The notes under the pieces were generated by a model. That model saw only the letters and a program-made list of their open reading frames with translations, made no database searches and had not been told where the DNA came from. The position numbers and the translations under genes were made by a program. Shown here in pieces: positions 12,253 to 26,591 of a DNA stretch of 64,000 nt. Within the stretch, counting starts at the first letter, position 1; every line of letters starts with the position of its first letter. Origin of the DNA: Takakia lepidozioides (taxonomy: Eukaryota > Plantae > Bryophyta). The DNA lies in assembly GCA_030704615.1 (NCBI GenBank), contig CM060731.1, forward strand, positions 71,982,001 to 72,046,000, read 5' to 3'.

Positions 12253-15200
12253 GAAGTGTTCTGCTGCTACTAAACCACCTACCCATCCAAGTTTCTTGTA
12301 GCTATCAATCCACTGTGGCTCACCGGTACTCTTGTGCTTGAAATCCGGTCTTCTGGGATGGATCTGGACCCACGCTCCATCCGTGCCTCCTTCAGCTATC
12401 CCTGCTTCGGCAACAATAACACATAGATCCTCCCCCTTGCTGCTAACAGCTGAACAATGACAACCTGAGATTTATCTAGCAAAGACCCCAAACCCCCTTT
12501 CCACAGACTAGTTCCTTAGCTGAATTGCTGACAGACTTTAAAAATTTGTTGGGGAGCTTCTGTAGAAGAACAGACATTCACCTTTCTGCCTCGGTGGTCC
12601 CACCATTGACTGAAAGTTCGAAAAACAGTCCCTCCAAGTCTTCTCATCTTCTGTGTGTTTGGTTTTCAGATATTTGCCTGTCACCCCATGGGCAGTAACA
12701 TGTGAAAAACACTCGAAGCTACCATAGATCCACCTGACGAGGTAACTTACAAAAACTCAACGTGAGAAATTACTGCAATCTGAGAAGATGTCAAAACAAG
12801 CCCAAATCTGTTGAAGAGGAAGGTGCCTTCCTTGACCTTGTCTCGTGAAAGCAGCTAACTTTTCATTCCACCAAGGAGGATTCACCAAACCCTCAATCCA
12901 ACGGACCTCTTGTGTGCACTGCTTGTGTCTGTAGGCCGCTGGTGATCTTCTGATTGGTCTGTGAAAACCACAACGATGCAGCTGAAAAGACTGATTAGAA
13001 ACACAGCCTCCTAAGACCAAGGTGACCATCCCAAATACCCTCTAAACACCAGGAAATGCAAATAGAGCCTCCATTTCATGAACAACCACTAACACTGAGG
13101 GGAAGAGCTTTTTGCAGAACAGACAAACTTCTTCACATCATACATGGAGAAAGCCCCACCTTGTGATCGTGTTTGTCCCCAGGATTGCGAGGAATCTTCA
13201 AAGAACTTGTGCCAGAAGCTCCAAGATTGACCTGAGTGCCAGAAACTCCAAGGGCATCAACACTATGACACTTTCCTCTATGGAGGAGAGCTAATGTAGC
13301 TTTCAACAACATTCATGCAAGTCACTCAGGGCTCTTTCGCATGTAACAGATTGAGGAACAGAAGAAAAAATGTACAGATGCTCAACAGGCTTGTGCACGA
13401 TAAGGCCCCCTCTCTAGCTCACTGCGAGTCATACTCACTTTCATCTCCAAGTTTCGAACGGTCTCCACCATCCCCACCAGACTCAAAACCGCACACTGAT
13501 GTCTTTCCACCATCACTTGACTGTTCTCGATCTTGTGCCATGGCAATTAGCTTTCCTTTCACCCTAGGAAGATTAACCCAACCTTCACTCCCTACAGCCT
13601 GTCGTGTGCATTGCTTACGTCGGTAGTCTGGAGAGTTTGAATTAGTCTGTGGAAACCACCAGGGACCAGCTAAGCAGCCACACTTTTATGACCAAGCTAC
13701 AATCATCGACCCTCCCACATAATTTGCACACTCCATGGAAAAGATCTTGAGCATCCTACATACATTCATCCTTGCTCGGGAAGAAGCTGGATACAGACAG
13801 TAAGAGCAGTTCTTGCAGAACAAACCGACAATCTAACGTCACTCAACAACAATGCAGTCCACAACATTTTACGTACCATAATCGGTCAAACTCCCTCCAT
13901 AACAGAATCCTTCACTTCCTACATGAAGAAACCTCACTTTGTAAACGCTGTAGTCCCACCATTGTGAAATATCTTTCAAGAACTCCTGCTAGCGCTGTTC
14001 CATGCTCCAGCCTTGACCTGCGCACCAGACACACCGGTTGCAGCCCGTGTATGACTATGCTGTATGAGTTTAATCGCAAAACGATTTGTGTTATGTATAA
14101 CCTGAGTTCATTGGCATCCCCGACGATTTGGGACGTGCCATAACCTCCTCCACTATGCGCCACGGACTCTTTCAGCTTCCCAGCCCTTGACCTGCTGCAT
14201 TCTGCGATAAACAGAGAGACACAGAGCCTTTGCATCTGAAGCGGAAAGGTGCCCAGTCAAATCTTGGTCTCTTGTTAGACCGGCTCTTTGAGCTCTCGGC
14301 TGCAATAGCAGCGTATTGTGCGAGAACACTGCACATATTGAATGGATACTTTAATAGTTGTATCCAAGGCTTGTTTAGCGGCCTCTCATCTTCTTATATT
14401 CTTGAAATTTGCAGTAGCCGTCAGGCGAAGTGGCTCTTAGTTACGCCGGCTTTGGCCGGAGTCTCTCTCTCTCCCTCTTGGGGCACATGAGCAGTTCGCT
14501 GCATCCTTAGCAGCAGCTGGATGTGTGGGCCCGCAAGCGACTGCAGCCTGGGCGTTCCATGCTTCCAAGGGGGCAGCCCCAGGGGGTGGGCACATGGGGC
14601 GGTTGTGGAGGAAGAAGAGTTACTAATGAATGGCCCATTTAGTCAATAAAATATGGTGAGCTTGAGAATTACCTCCAAGCAAGCTAGCCTGGGCTTAAGA
14701 AGTGGCCACCATAGTGCCTCTAAAAAATAAAGGCCGAATTATTTTCACTAGCCAACCAGAATTACCTCCAAGCAAGCTAGGGTTTGAGGATTAGGGTATG
14801 GGGTTTTGGTTGGATGGTGGTTTACATCGGAGGCTAAGTTAATTTGAGAAGGATTTGTAGGTGATCATGGAGGATGTTGAACTTGTTATTGTACTTTGTG
14901 TTCTCTTTTTGTTCCACGAGGGTCTTTCCATCATTCCAAAAAAAGGAAAACAGCTCTTATACTTCCAAGGTCGGTCAAAATGGCCAGCCCTATACCAGGT
15001 GCTCACCACAAAAAGATATTTTACAATTCTTTCAAGTAGAGAGTGTTCATGATCAAGTTAGCTACAACCCATACCAACTACCCTCATTCAATTCCGACTT
15101 TGTGACAAAGATTGGCACCTATTTTTCCAATGAACACACAAATGGTTAGCATAGAGGTTGTTAAAAATGGCCAGCCCCATTTCAGGTGCTCCCATCTCAT

Positions 15201-15604
15201 TGGATTCCGACATCATGAGGAAAAATGGCAAGAGCATAGGGAGAATGAGAATCTTCATCGAGCATTTGCAAAAATGAGCTTGGCAAACTCTCATCACCCA
15301 TCTTGAGCACTTCCTCTTAATTGCAACCTCACACTTGTATGTAACAAGCACCTCCAAAAATTGATCCAAGCTTCTCCTCTTTTTTAGTACAGTGAAAACC
15401 CTTTCTAGCCATATGACCCTAAACTGCAACCACAGTACAAAGTCGGTGGCGCAGTAATAATTTTTTTTTTTACCAGGGTTTTAGGTGAAAACAGGGCCAT
15501 TAGCTACCGCAGGTGCTTCCGTGGGGGCGCATCCTTCCCAAGCGGCTCACCTGCCCCCGCGAGGCCCCACGTCCTTGGCTGCCCCCGTTTCTGCCCCCGT
15601 TTCT

Positions 15605-15649
<45 letters not shown>

Positions 15650-15925
15650 TCCCCCTCTCGCTCTCCCCCTCTCTCTCCCTCCCTCCCTCCCTTCCTCCCT
15701 TCCCCCCCTCCCTCTCCTCTCTCCCCCTCCGTCTCTCGCTCCCTCCCCTCGCTCGCTCGCTCCCTCTCCCGCTCTCCCTCCCCCTCGCTCCCTCTCCCTC
15801 CCCTCCCCCCCCTCGTTCCCTCTCCCTCCCTCTCTCCCCCCTCTCGCTCCCTCCTCTCGCTCGTTCCCTCCTTTCCTCCCTCCCTCCCTCCCTCCCTCCC
15901 TCGCTCCCGCTCTCACTCTCTCTTG
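15605..15925. repeat. (CT)n microsatellite and C/T-rich low-complexity tract
   Basis: Directly visible. Confidence 0.95.
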
Positions 15926-17911
15926 TTTTTCATCCTGAGAAGGATGAATGACGGGCCAGACAGGGGAAAACCTTGCACAACCCTAATGTCTTTCTTTTTG
16001 CGATGCAGGAGCGCGCGCGATGGCGGCTTGCGAGAAGCGATGGTGCTCGTGTTGCAGATACCTTGAGCTGCCAATCCTTGAGTGTTTATGGCTCCTGTGA
16101 GCGCCGCCTAGGCGGGCTCTTTAAGGCGATGGCGGCTGCTTAGAGATGAGGGAAGATTCACTGTCTCAGTTGTCTGTTTTGTTGCTGCACAAGGGAACCA
16201 CGGCAGTGATGGCGGAGGTACCACCTGCCTGCTTATGACGTTTCCCTAGGAGCCCTCCTCTAGATCTTTGATGAATGGCGGCGTTTTGGTAGAACAAGGA
16301 AATCTCTCTCCCTCCCTTTATAAACCCTAACTTTTGATACCAAGCTTTTTTTTCTTGTGCTTGGCAAGACTTTGCTTTGGTTAAGGTAGTTGTGTTGTGG
16401 TGCTGGCGGAGTCCTCCCTGCACGGTTAGCCTTGTGGAGAGATGGCGACTCTCCCCTAGACAGTAAAAAAGGTTTTTTTTTTTCTGTTTGTTTTGCTTCC
16501 CTGCTTTCTTTGGCATTCTCTGCGCTTAGATTGAAGTGTATTTGACCTCGATAGCAAGTGTGGAAGCTTGTTATTCACCTCGTGCATCCTCACTAACTCA
16601 CAATGCGTTATGGTTGTTTTTGGGACGGGCACAGGTGAGGGCTTCCACTTAATATTCTGATGTCTAGGTGTTGCTGGATGCCAAGTGGGATTGCAGAGCA
16701 GGGGAAGGAATCGCTTGCCAGGGACTCATCTTAAAATGTTGAAAAACTAAACTACTCTATGGTTTTTCTTGATCCTACCTCTTTCCTTCCTTATTTTTGA
16801 AGAACAAGTGTAATGCTTTCTACGATGGGCTATTTTCGGCCCAGTGAGAGGCTGCAAGGAACTGTTTGTTGCAGCTATTCGGGTACCCATGTTGGCCCCT
16901 GTTATGTTCCAACCCGGATAGCTTTGTTAGCTAGATGCTTAGGCCAGGGTATGGTGAAGATTCTGCCTGTGGATATTCGGCTGACAATGAAATATGGCAG
17001 CAATATATAATCGGTAACTGGTTCTTGAGGCAGCCAGGGTGGTCAAGTGGAAATACCCCCTGGACATGGTGTAATGACATGGTCAAATGTGGAATGATGT
17101 TAAGGGTGTACTGACAGTATCATATACTGTCACAGGATGTGTATGCAATCTTTTATCTTTACCTTGTTGTGTCATGAACTTTGATTTTCAGCTCTAGCAA
17201 GAAATAAAGGTATAGGGGTAGTCTGGAAAAATTACCAGACATATCCACCTCCCCTATGGGGACAAGCTGTGCTGCAGACCAGTCTAAACCAATACTGGTA
17301 GGGCAAGGTATTTAAAATCTGTGATGTCCAAGTGTTCTTTTTGTTCTCTCTGATTTCTTAAAAAAACCCTCCATGACACCCATGGGGTTTGAATAAGTAT
17401 GCTTGGATTACAGCTTGCGGACAGTAAATCTGTATGACCATTTGACTTGCAACACATCAAGGCCAAAATATGGCCAAGTACCCGCCATCCCACCCAGACC
17501 TCTGAATGTATATCCTGATCGTGACTGGTGGTCAATCAGCATCAGTGGCATACTCTTTGGGTTATGAATAATACTAACATGAACACATTACTGTGCATGG
17601 ATGTAATTCTGGATTTTCTAAGCTTGATGATTGATGGATGGTGCCACTGTTAAGTGGCTGATATGTCTGATTATTCTTCTTATTCATGACAACGACCCTA
17701 GGGGTCCTGTCTTTGTCTTGACTTGACAAAAAGTATCTTCCCTCTCTCTCCCTCCCTCTCTCCCTCCTCCACCATAACCACATCCTAAGAGAAAACCACC
17801 ATAGGGAGTCCACAAACCAAGCAAATTTCCATTCATCGCTAGAGGAATTCAACATAAAGCTTTATTGTCAAGGTCTTCTTAGGTGCCTTTAGAAAGATTG
17901 TAAGGAAATTA

Positions 17912-18110
17912 GCATATGACGAACTTCGAGAATTTGTTGCATTTCTGAGGCCCAAAGAGATTATCCCCACTATGGGCCTTGAAGGGGGAGGGATGGATGG
18001 CAAAGCAGCTGCTGCAATGCGGAAACATTTTCGCAACTTGGTAGATGAAACAGCCAGCAAGAGAAAGTTTTTGAAAGGGTTTAATCGCAGAATTATTGAT
18101 GGAACTGCTT
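17912..18110 (+). pseudogene. LIG6: Isolated fragment of a DNA ligase 6 / SNM1-type beta-CASP coding exon
   Basis: YDELREFVAFLRPKEIIPTMG...MRKHFRNLVDETASKRKFLKGF resembles the plant LIG6 DRMBL region as recalled; no other LIG6 exons seen. Confidence 0.65.
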
Positions 18111-19369
18111 CTCCAAAAACCATGCAGTCTGATTCTAAAAATGTCTCTCTTGAGCTAGCTATGGCACATGACCGTGGAGCTGGGCAGCAGTTGACTCACT
18201 GGCGCTGAACTTGTTACATAGCATCCCTGGCAAAACGTACCTTTCATCCCCTCCTTTGTCTCAATTCCTTCAGTCGGTTCTTCTTTAGCTCTATTATGGA
18301 GGCTTCTGTAAGGTGCTGATGTAGGATGCTATCCCATTTTGGTTACCGTCTATCCATTTCAAAGTAACTAAAGTTCTTACTATGTTTTAATCTTAAAGTA
18401 TTCCCTACCCAACGTCTCTTTTTTTCGTCCCATGAATCATCAATACCAACCTCATGTAGAATGTCAATTGCAAGTTGTAGGACCAGCAGCCAAGTTGGAG
18501 CAATGCTGAAATCATCTTTAGGCTTTTACTATGATGTCGATGCAGCCAGCCCACTAAGTAACACCCGGTTCCACCTAATCAGATTGCCTTCATGACTGTT
18601 TGAAGCCCCGAGCACGAAAAGTTGGGCTCATGAATCTCATTTACCAAGGTGTTTGATGAAGTCGTCATGACTAGGAATACGGAGTATTTTGTAGTACAAC
18701 AATTGTAAGAATGAAAATGTCGTTGCCTTGGTGACCTATGATACGTGACTACTCCATGACTTGTGGGTTTCGGATCAATTCACACCTTATACCATATCAC
18801 TAGGACAGCGATGTTTTCTTCTTGTAATTGTTGTACCATACCACCAAGATAAAGAAAAGTTCATATTGTGTACACATCAAACTCACGGAGGAGGATGGAG
18901 TAGATGTAGATGCCCGCCCATTAATAAACATTGGCCAGTTCCATCCAGTAATCAGGTATTTGTACTCTTCATGTGACCGTTTGAAGCCCCAAGCATGAAA
19001 AACTAGACCGGTTTCATTTATGAGGGTGGGCTGGCACCCAAAACTAGCTTGGTTAAAGGGTCGGTATCTCATAGGCTCTACTGCTACTACTTTATTTATC
19101 CATATACTGATCAAATCAAATAAGATAGTTCGTAGAGCATGTTTAAGTGTTTACTAAAGGGATTTTACATTGAATATGCCTTCAAGAGCATTTAAACTAA
19201 TTCTTCATGTCAAATCAAACATAGTTTATTTTGTCGTTAGAATACTTCTAAAAATATTTTTTGTTTTGTGGTGAGCACGTTTCTAATTATATTATTAATG
19301 TCTTTAAAGATAATATGAGTTAAATTATTTAAATATAAAGAGATTTATGTTATATATATATATATATAT

Positions 19370-19580
19370 GGGAGCAAGTGCCCACATTTCAGGCCCTTGA
19401 GGAGGGGAAAAATAAACCCCCGAGCCTTTCATTTATGGGCCATGAGACATAGAGGACGCACAACGCCTAGGCAGACCACCACAAACAATCCACACATGGG
19501 GCAGGGCAGCAGATTGGAACACCGAAACACTAGGGTGACACACTGTGCACTTACCATAACTGAGCTACCAGCCGACGTGC
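19370..19580 (-). mobile_element. tRNA-derived SINE (family A)
   Basis: Minus-strand head GCACGTCGGCTGGTAGCTCAGTT (A box); homologous to 45800-46010; (TA)n at the tail. Confidence 0.7.
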
Positions 19581-19639
19581 TTTAAAGGATTCTTTATTAA
19601 AAAAAAGATTAACAAACAGCTTATTACTGACCCAGTTTA

Positions 19640-21790
19640 ACCCCTAATAGACGACCAGAAATGGGTCGCATAAAAATCATCCATGTTGTTTAATCATCGG
19701 ATGAACTCGGATGAAAACCGTGTGTAAATGAAAGTTGTAGCGAGTGAAGATACATTCATACATGTCTTTATTGCACCCTAAATGGAATTTTTGTAGTGCA
19801 GAGGGGTACCCAAAATCTTGTGGTTTAGGGCCCGCTAGCACCATTGACCTAGCCACATGGCAGGTTGAATAGGTGACGGTGCCAAAAATGCCAGCGATTG
19901 GTGCAGGCAGGGTCTGCATGTCGCATGTGCGGACAAAGGTAGGCATCCCGCCATGGAATGAAAGGTGGTAGCAGATGGCGGGAGTGACGGGGTGTCTTAT
20001 AGCGCACAATGTCGAGCCTCCTTGGAGCCTGCTTACCTTCGATGCCATTTATGTTTTTGAGACACTCATTCTTGTTGTTTTGTTGCTTGTTGTTGGCTTC
20101 CGATGTGCAGGGAATGCTAGAACGTGTGAGTGTGGCCCCATGAGCGTGTGAGCCTAGGCTCACGCCACATAGGCTCAGAGCCACGTGGGCTCAGAATCAC
20201 TTTGTCTGTGTCATTTTAACGTGGGACCCGATGAATTTCACAATGTCAGCTATATGGGGTTTACTAAATCATTTTGTCTGTGTCGTTTTCACATTGCTTT
20301 TCATCCCATAAACAGATGTGGCTTTGTGCTCTTTTTATTGCTCAGCCAAAGCGTGTGGAGAAGGAGGCCCTATAGTTGAGGATGAGACAAGGTGGGCCTA
20401 TTTCCATGGAAACCACGGTTATAAGCCCAATCCACCATTCCCGAGATGGCCAAGTGGAATATGTAGAAAGTGAGGACAGCACAAGCATGACATATTTGAA
20501 ATGCAAAATGACTTCATACAGTGATTTAAATTCAAATTACAAAGAGTTCAACGATATGTTGTCGATCGCACCCACAAATTAGATGAAACACATATTGAAA
20601 TGTTCCAATGTGGCCTACTTGTAGTACTGAACATTCCTAATGGCCCCCAAGCTATAGGAACATGATCCCCAAGAGTACAAAGACAAACACATCAATAGGT
20701 TAGTAACCAGAAGAGTCTTCACTTCACCGAATCCAAACATGGCCTGGTGAAAGAACTGGTCTCTTTCGGGGTTGCAGTATATTCTCTCCAGATATAGGTA
20801 GAGATGCTGCAGGGGACCCACTTCCCTCTCGTCCCGAGACTACCCTCCCGCATTGTAACTATCTGGACATGTACAAGTAGGAAAAGTCCCCATCGTAACC
20901 TGAGATGCTCTGTCATGAATAACAGACCCTGAAGCGACCAATGTGTACACCCGACCATAGCCCGGGGCCGGGACTTCCATCATATCTATCACCCGCGCCT
21001 GCATAATTCTTGGTGACTCCATCTTGCAGTCGTGATGTGCACCACGAACTGTTTTCCCATTTCTCTTTGTTGAATCTGGAAACTGAGTTGACGGACTCAG
21101 ATTTAGGAACACGAGGGAAGAGAGAAGAAGGTGAGAGAAGATGGTGACACAAGAGCAACCGCTGCTTAGCTACTATTCATTAAGGAGCTTTTTTGTGAGT
21201 CTAGAAACTGAGTACGTTGACGCACTTAGTTTTAAGAGCACCAGGAAGAGAGAGAGAGAAGAAGGAGAACTCCTTTTAAGTCCATATTTTCTGTTGGAGC
21301 CCCTTTACATAGCTCCTTCATGAGTGAAGAAATTGGGTGCGTTGACGCACTCAGTTCTAGCCAAAATAAATAAATAAATATGCCTAGAACTGAGTGCGTC
21401 AACGCACCCAATTTTTGGGTTGACGATGATGATGAACAATGTCATATCTCCGCGGAAATAGGTGTTGAACCGCGGTAATAGGCCCTTCATCTTTGACCAC
21501 TTTGACGCTAGCTGGGCTGGGCTCACGCGGTGATAGGCCCTCTGTACCTATGGTGTCCGTGGTTATAGGCCCATCGGGTATAGGCACCATTTCTTTTGTA
21601 AGTGGGCCCAAGGTGATATGGTGGGAGTACATGATGATGTGGCACTGTTATATGTAGGCTCACGTTGACGTGGCATGAGCGTGGGCTCACACACTCACAC
21701 GCTACGCTCACGCCGTAGCGTCGCTGGCTTCCATGCCATCACAGGGGGTTCTATTTTGTGAGCTCATACGTTTTGGGTCGTCCATTGCTT
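19640..21790 (-). mobile_element. Degenerate DNA transposon carrying a SWIM zinc-finger fragment (MULE-like)
   Basis: Frameshifted VTMGTFPTCTCPD...KWVPC at ~20780-21110; inverted subterminal motifs at 20120-20190 and 21660-21720; boundaries uncertain. Confidence 0.5.
21330..21414. repeat. 31-bp perfect inverted repeat
   Basis: aaattgggtgcgttgacgcactcagttctag ... ctagaactgagtgcgtcaacgcacccaattt. Confidence 0.85.
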
Positions 21791-22840
21791 GGTGAAAGCA
21801 AGCTAGGGTGACTCAGTAAAACTGTAACATCATCATTTTTGCAGTACATACTTATTCTCTATTGACCCATACTCTTTGCATTCTATGAAAAAAATCAAAT
21901 GGGACTCATATAGTGTACTCTTACTACAACATATTTACCCACTTTAAAGCATCATCAGTCAATTCATAAATATGTGGAAGTATTGGACTTTTGAAAAAGT
22001 CGTGGCCAAATGCAATAGTACACAAATGTTATCGTTATGGACTTCTTTCTTTCATGTACTACAAGAGATGAGCGTTTTTAGGACTACGGATTTGGCAGAG
22101 TCATAAAAACGACACTAGGTATATGACTACAGAGCGCTGAAATGCATTGTAGTCATAGTTTTATCACTTTGCAGTAATAGATATCACTACATGACTCCGG
22201 AAAGTTAGGGAGCATTGGTCAAACATTGTTGACCATGATGACAGGGATGGTTTTATGACTAGTGTGATATGTTTGACTACACGTGGACGACGTTTCATGG
22301 AATCTTATGACTCCATGACTGAAGAAGGTTTTACAGCTCTATTTATACGACTACATCCCTACACGTGTCATTTTGAAAGCTCATACACGAATGTATTCAT
22401 CCATTGGATGAGTTTATCCATCGATGACATGGCATGTAAACTTATGAGTCTCTTACTGCAAATTGTTTCATAACTCTATATACATGACTACATCACTATA
22501 CGTGTCATTTAAAAGGCATATACATTAATGAATTCATCCAATGGATGGATGGGTTCATCCATCCGCCTATACAGTGTGTTGATTTGATATCTGTTCAATA
22601 AATTGGACCTGGATGGACGTGGCTTAACAAGCATCGCAAGATATATGAGATTAAAATACGCAATGGTCATGGTTGTATAAGGATAGATCATGTGATGGAA
22701 ATTATTTTGAATCGTTAGATTTTATAGGATCTAACGGTCTAGATTATTTAAGATCTAACGGTTTAAGATTACATCGCCGAACTTTACACCGGGCTGGGAC
22801 TTAGGCTTTTTTGTCTCTTGCATTTCACCATCTTCTATTT

Positions 22841-23170
22841 GATGTTGTGTCATGGAACGCGATGATTGCAAGATATGCAGGGGCGTGGGATGGAGGCTTT
22901 GCAGACCTTCCTACTCTTGAGCAAATGATGCAGGAAGGAGAAGAGGAGGAAGAGAGGAGACGAGGAGAAGATCCCAACATTCTTGCGAGCTCGCCGTTCT
23001 TGGGAGAGTCAGCTTGGTCTTAGCAGGCCGTGTTTCAATCTCTGCCTGCTCAGCTGCACCGTGGTGGTTCGATCTCACATACCAATCCGGCATTACCTGA
23101 CTACAGATACAAGCAGCACACACAAGTGGTCCTTTTGGGTTGATGGTCGGTCAAATCCTCCATGGGTCAT
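22841..23170 (+). pseudogene. Third remnant of the PPR-DYW family locus
   Basis: DVVSWNAMIARYA at 22841; 23010-23170 resembles the reverse complement of 12870-13021. Confidence 0.65.
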
Positions 23171-25949
23171 GACACAAGATAAAGGACAATGTGGTGAGGA
23201 TACCTTATTCTTCGACCTATTTCAGCCTGTTTTGCCCTCTCATCAGACTCGGCCCTGAGATGCATATTGAATTTTGTATAGTAGCTCGTTGGGTGGATCT
23301 GTGGTTGTTAAGAGTGACTTTGACAAGTTGCTGCTGATGTGGCAGCATGAAAGTATCCAAAAACAGGTAACAGAGATGAGGAGAAGCTTTGGAATGAACA
23401 CTTTTCCAATCCCAGTCAATGGCGAGACAATGGAGACAAAAATGTGAGTGCATGTTGGTTGATAACCGGATACTGAACCGCTGGAGGCCTCCTGACATAA
23501 ACTCCATTTGTCCATAACCACATGGGTTAAATTTTGTATTTGTTGCCAATTGGCAGGATATCAGAAACGGAGAATCTCCAAAACCCCGGAACCGGAGGAT
23601 GTGAACACAAAGTTCAAGTTAAGCATCCGTAATCGGCTGATATTTAGAAAACAAATAACCACACAACATTGGTGTCTATGTGCCATTGCATGCTATGCCC
23701 TAGCATTACATGCTACAAATGTCATAGTATGGCATATGTTATGGATGTATATATGCATCTCATTTTTGGACTGGGTCCGGGGTATGGCATTTTTTTTTTA
23801 GGGTGGAGAACATTTTTCGGACAACTGTGATTTAGGACTCTTGTTAACTGACAATGGCGGCATGACATGGACTGCTTTGTAGTCATTTAAATAACCAGAC
23901 CGTAATCACTACTTGAACCTATTCTGCACCTGCTCCAAACTTATACTACAAAATTTGTTTAACATCCGAAATATTACCATTTATATTTTTTAAAGTGAAA
24001 TAAATTACCAAAACGTGGTCATTTGAATGACTAAATACACCAACATCTACTTGCCACCTAACACTTGTTGGATGACAACATTGGTTGAATAGGGACCACA
24101 TGTTGCTATCATGCAATTTCAAATCATATTGTCCTATATATATTAGAAATTGATTTAATTTGTGGGGATAGGAAATGTCCAGGCACTATTTGAATACATG
24201 TATGATGCTTGTATATTTAACCAAAGCATCATGATATTTCCTGTTTGCCTTGCCTTCAGCCTAGTCTGCTCAAATATTTGTGACCATACAACCACACGCA
24301 TATACTCAGTGAATTTCACCAAACCCAGATGAATGACAACAACACCACACGCACACGCACACATGTAATGAAACTTGCAGCATTCAAAAAATATGATACA
24401 TGCAAATGATCTTCTCAATTTATATATATATTGAATAAAATTCAATATAAATACAAATTTAAATGATTTTTATTAAATTTATTGTAGTAGATGTTTAGTA
24501 AATATTGTTGTTCCAAGAGAATCCATACCCTGATCACATCCCTAATATGAGTTGAAATCCTAGTTTTCTACAGTTTCACCGTCAGCTCGGGAGACCTCCT
24601 GTCAATCACAATTGCTTCATTTTTTTAATATTAGCCTACAAAAAAATGCCAAACATTGTCACTCTAGAAGTACAGGAGAATTATGACTGTTGTCCCAAGT
24701 TCGACATCTCCACTGAGGCAAGGGAGATCTCCCGATCTATGATTAGAACATAGTAAGATAGAAAGACATCCCGTCGAGATACGTCCCAAAATGTCCAGAG
24801 TAATTTATTAGAGCATCACCAAACCAAATTTGTACAACCATTGAGGTCCCTGGCTATGGGCACTAATCAACCATCACCATCCCATAGGACCCAAAACCAT
24901 AGTCTTCAACGCAAACCAATACTGAACATAGTCTCTATAGAAGCCAATTCATTCGAACAGTTCGGCTCCAATGCATCAGCCTTTCGACATGACTGTTTAT
25001 CTCCGTCTATCATCGTCCTCGAGTCTCAGACCGGTTCCTCAAGAGCGTCATCCATAAAATAAGAACCACCTAGCGGATTCCAAGGTCACAGGCAAGGCCG
25101 TGAACCGATTATTCTTCATTCATTTAAATCATAGCTCCACGCACAAAACACATGCAGACCAGGACAGACGGGAGGTCTCCCCTCCCAATTAGCGATACAC
25201 ATAAGGCATAGTCAAATTAAATTGGGGGATAAACATGGACAGGATACAACAACCCACCAAAGCCATAAGAGAATGAGGAGTCTGACAGGAACAAGCACAA
25301 ATAGAAAGGCAAAGAGGACGGGAGGTCTCCCGTCCTTACTCACGCTCTCTAGTCTAAAAGAGTCTGACGGGTGTGATGACGAAACCAAAACATGCACATA
25401 GTCAGGTAGGGGAGATCTCCCATGGTGATACCTCTCATATTGACATGAGTAATGAATTCCAAAACCGAACAAAGAGTACACAGAGAACACAGAGCACAAC
25501 CATGATATCCATCGCTCTGGACATGAAATGAATAAAAAACAATGAACCATTTGGATTCATAATTTGCGCTTAGAGAATAGTGTCATTGTCAATGTACATT
25601 ATTTACAATATCCCAACTGGTGGAAGACTGTCACCCGACTAGTAAGAACGGGTAACGGATTCTACTCTCATCCCAGATCTCCCCAGATGGACATTTCGTT
25701 GCCTTGCATCTGTTTGAGGGCGTTGTGCTCGCCAACAGATCTCCTCCTTAGAAATACTCATATACCTCCAGAGACCCTCCTGGCCTATTGGTGTGGTATG
25801 TCCATCCTTCTTCTTGTCGGATGTTGACTTTCATACGACGCTTGGCCTTGACTGGAACAAATAAACCAATCCATGAGACAAATCAGTATACTTTCCAGAT
25901 TCATGGTGCGCAGCAGGGACGGGAGACTTCCCGTGCTTACTGACCCATT

Positions 25950-26591
25950 CTAACCTCTTAACCTACTACTCCAAGACACATCGGTTGACATAAAAAGAAG
26001 AAGTTGAAAGTAAAGAGGTGGGAACATACCTAAAAACACACAAGGGTCAGTAATCCCTAGGGGACTTGCATATCTCGCTAGCCAAATCCAATCAGGGTGA
26101 GAGCTATCGACAGGCATCTGAACATTTGCACACTTCCCGTAATTCTCCTCCATGTACTCTTGAACTGTCGGAGATGACATCATGCCAGAAAAGAATGGCC
26201 ATAAAGCCTCAACAAGATCCTCAACAAAAGAATCTCGCCCCTCCTTGACGATCGGCATTAGAGTGCCATCAAAGGATCTCGGGTAAAAACCAGTGTTCAA
26301 AGGGTTCCTCAGGGCTTTGGTGGGCTCATCATCAATCAAAAGCGTTTGGCCTTTTAGGCCGTAGGGCTTACAACTTCTCCCGAAGTGTTCCCAAAGACCA
26401 ACAATGTCTTTAACGTAGAACGGATGTGTTGAGGCAATGTAGGCAGGAAGCTTGGTGCAAGTATCCCGACACCAGATAAAGCAAAATTTCCTGACCATAT
26501 CCTTCGGGAAGAAGAGCCTCACGACGTCTTCCTCTTGAAGCACCTTTTTTGCCACCTTCCTCCCATCGGACTTCATCATTGTGAAGTTCAA
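25950..26591 (-). CDS. FCP1/NIF-like HAD phosphatase domain ORF (partial, probably TE-borne or a pseudogene)
   Basis: FIWCRDTC..KDIVGLW..QTLLIDDEPTKALRNPLNTGFYP; the N-terminal DxDxT motif is not seen. Confidence 0.55.
   Translation of the reverse strand: MNFTMMKSDGRKVAKKVLQEEDVVRLFFPKDMVRKFCFIWCRDTCTKLPAYIASTHPFYVKDIVGLWEHFGRSCKPYGLKGQTLLIDDEPTKALRNPLNTGFYPRSFDGTLMPIVKEGRDSFVEDLVEALWPFFSGMMSSPTVQEYMEENYGKCANVQMPVDSSHPDWIWLARYASPLGITDPCVFLGMFPPLYFQLLLFMSTDVSWSSRLRG

Noticed and set aside
15485-16066. ORFs of 138-193 aa on both strands
   Set aside because: Artefacts of the CT-rich low-complexity tract
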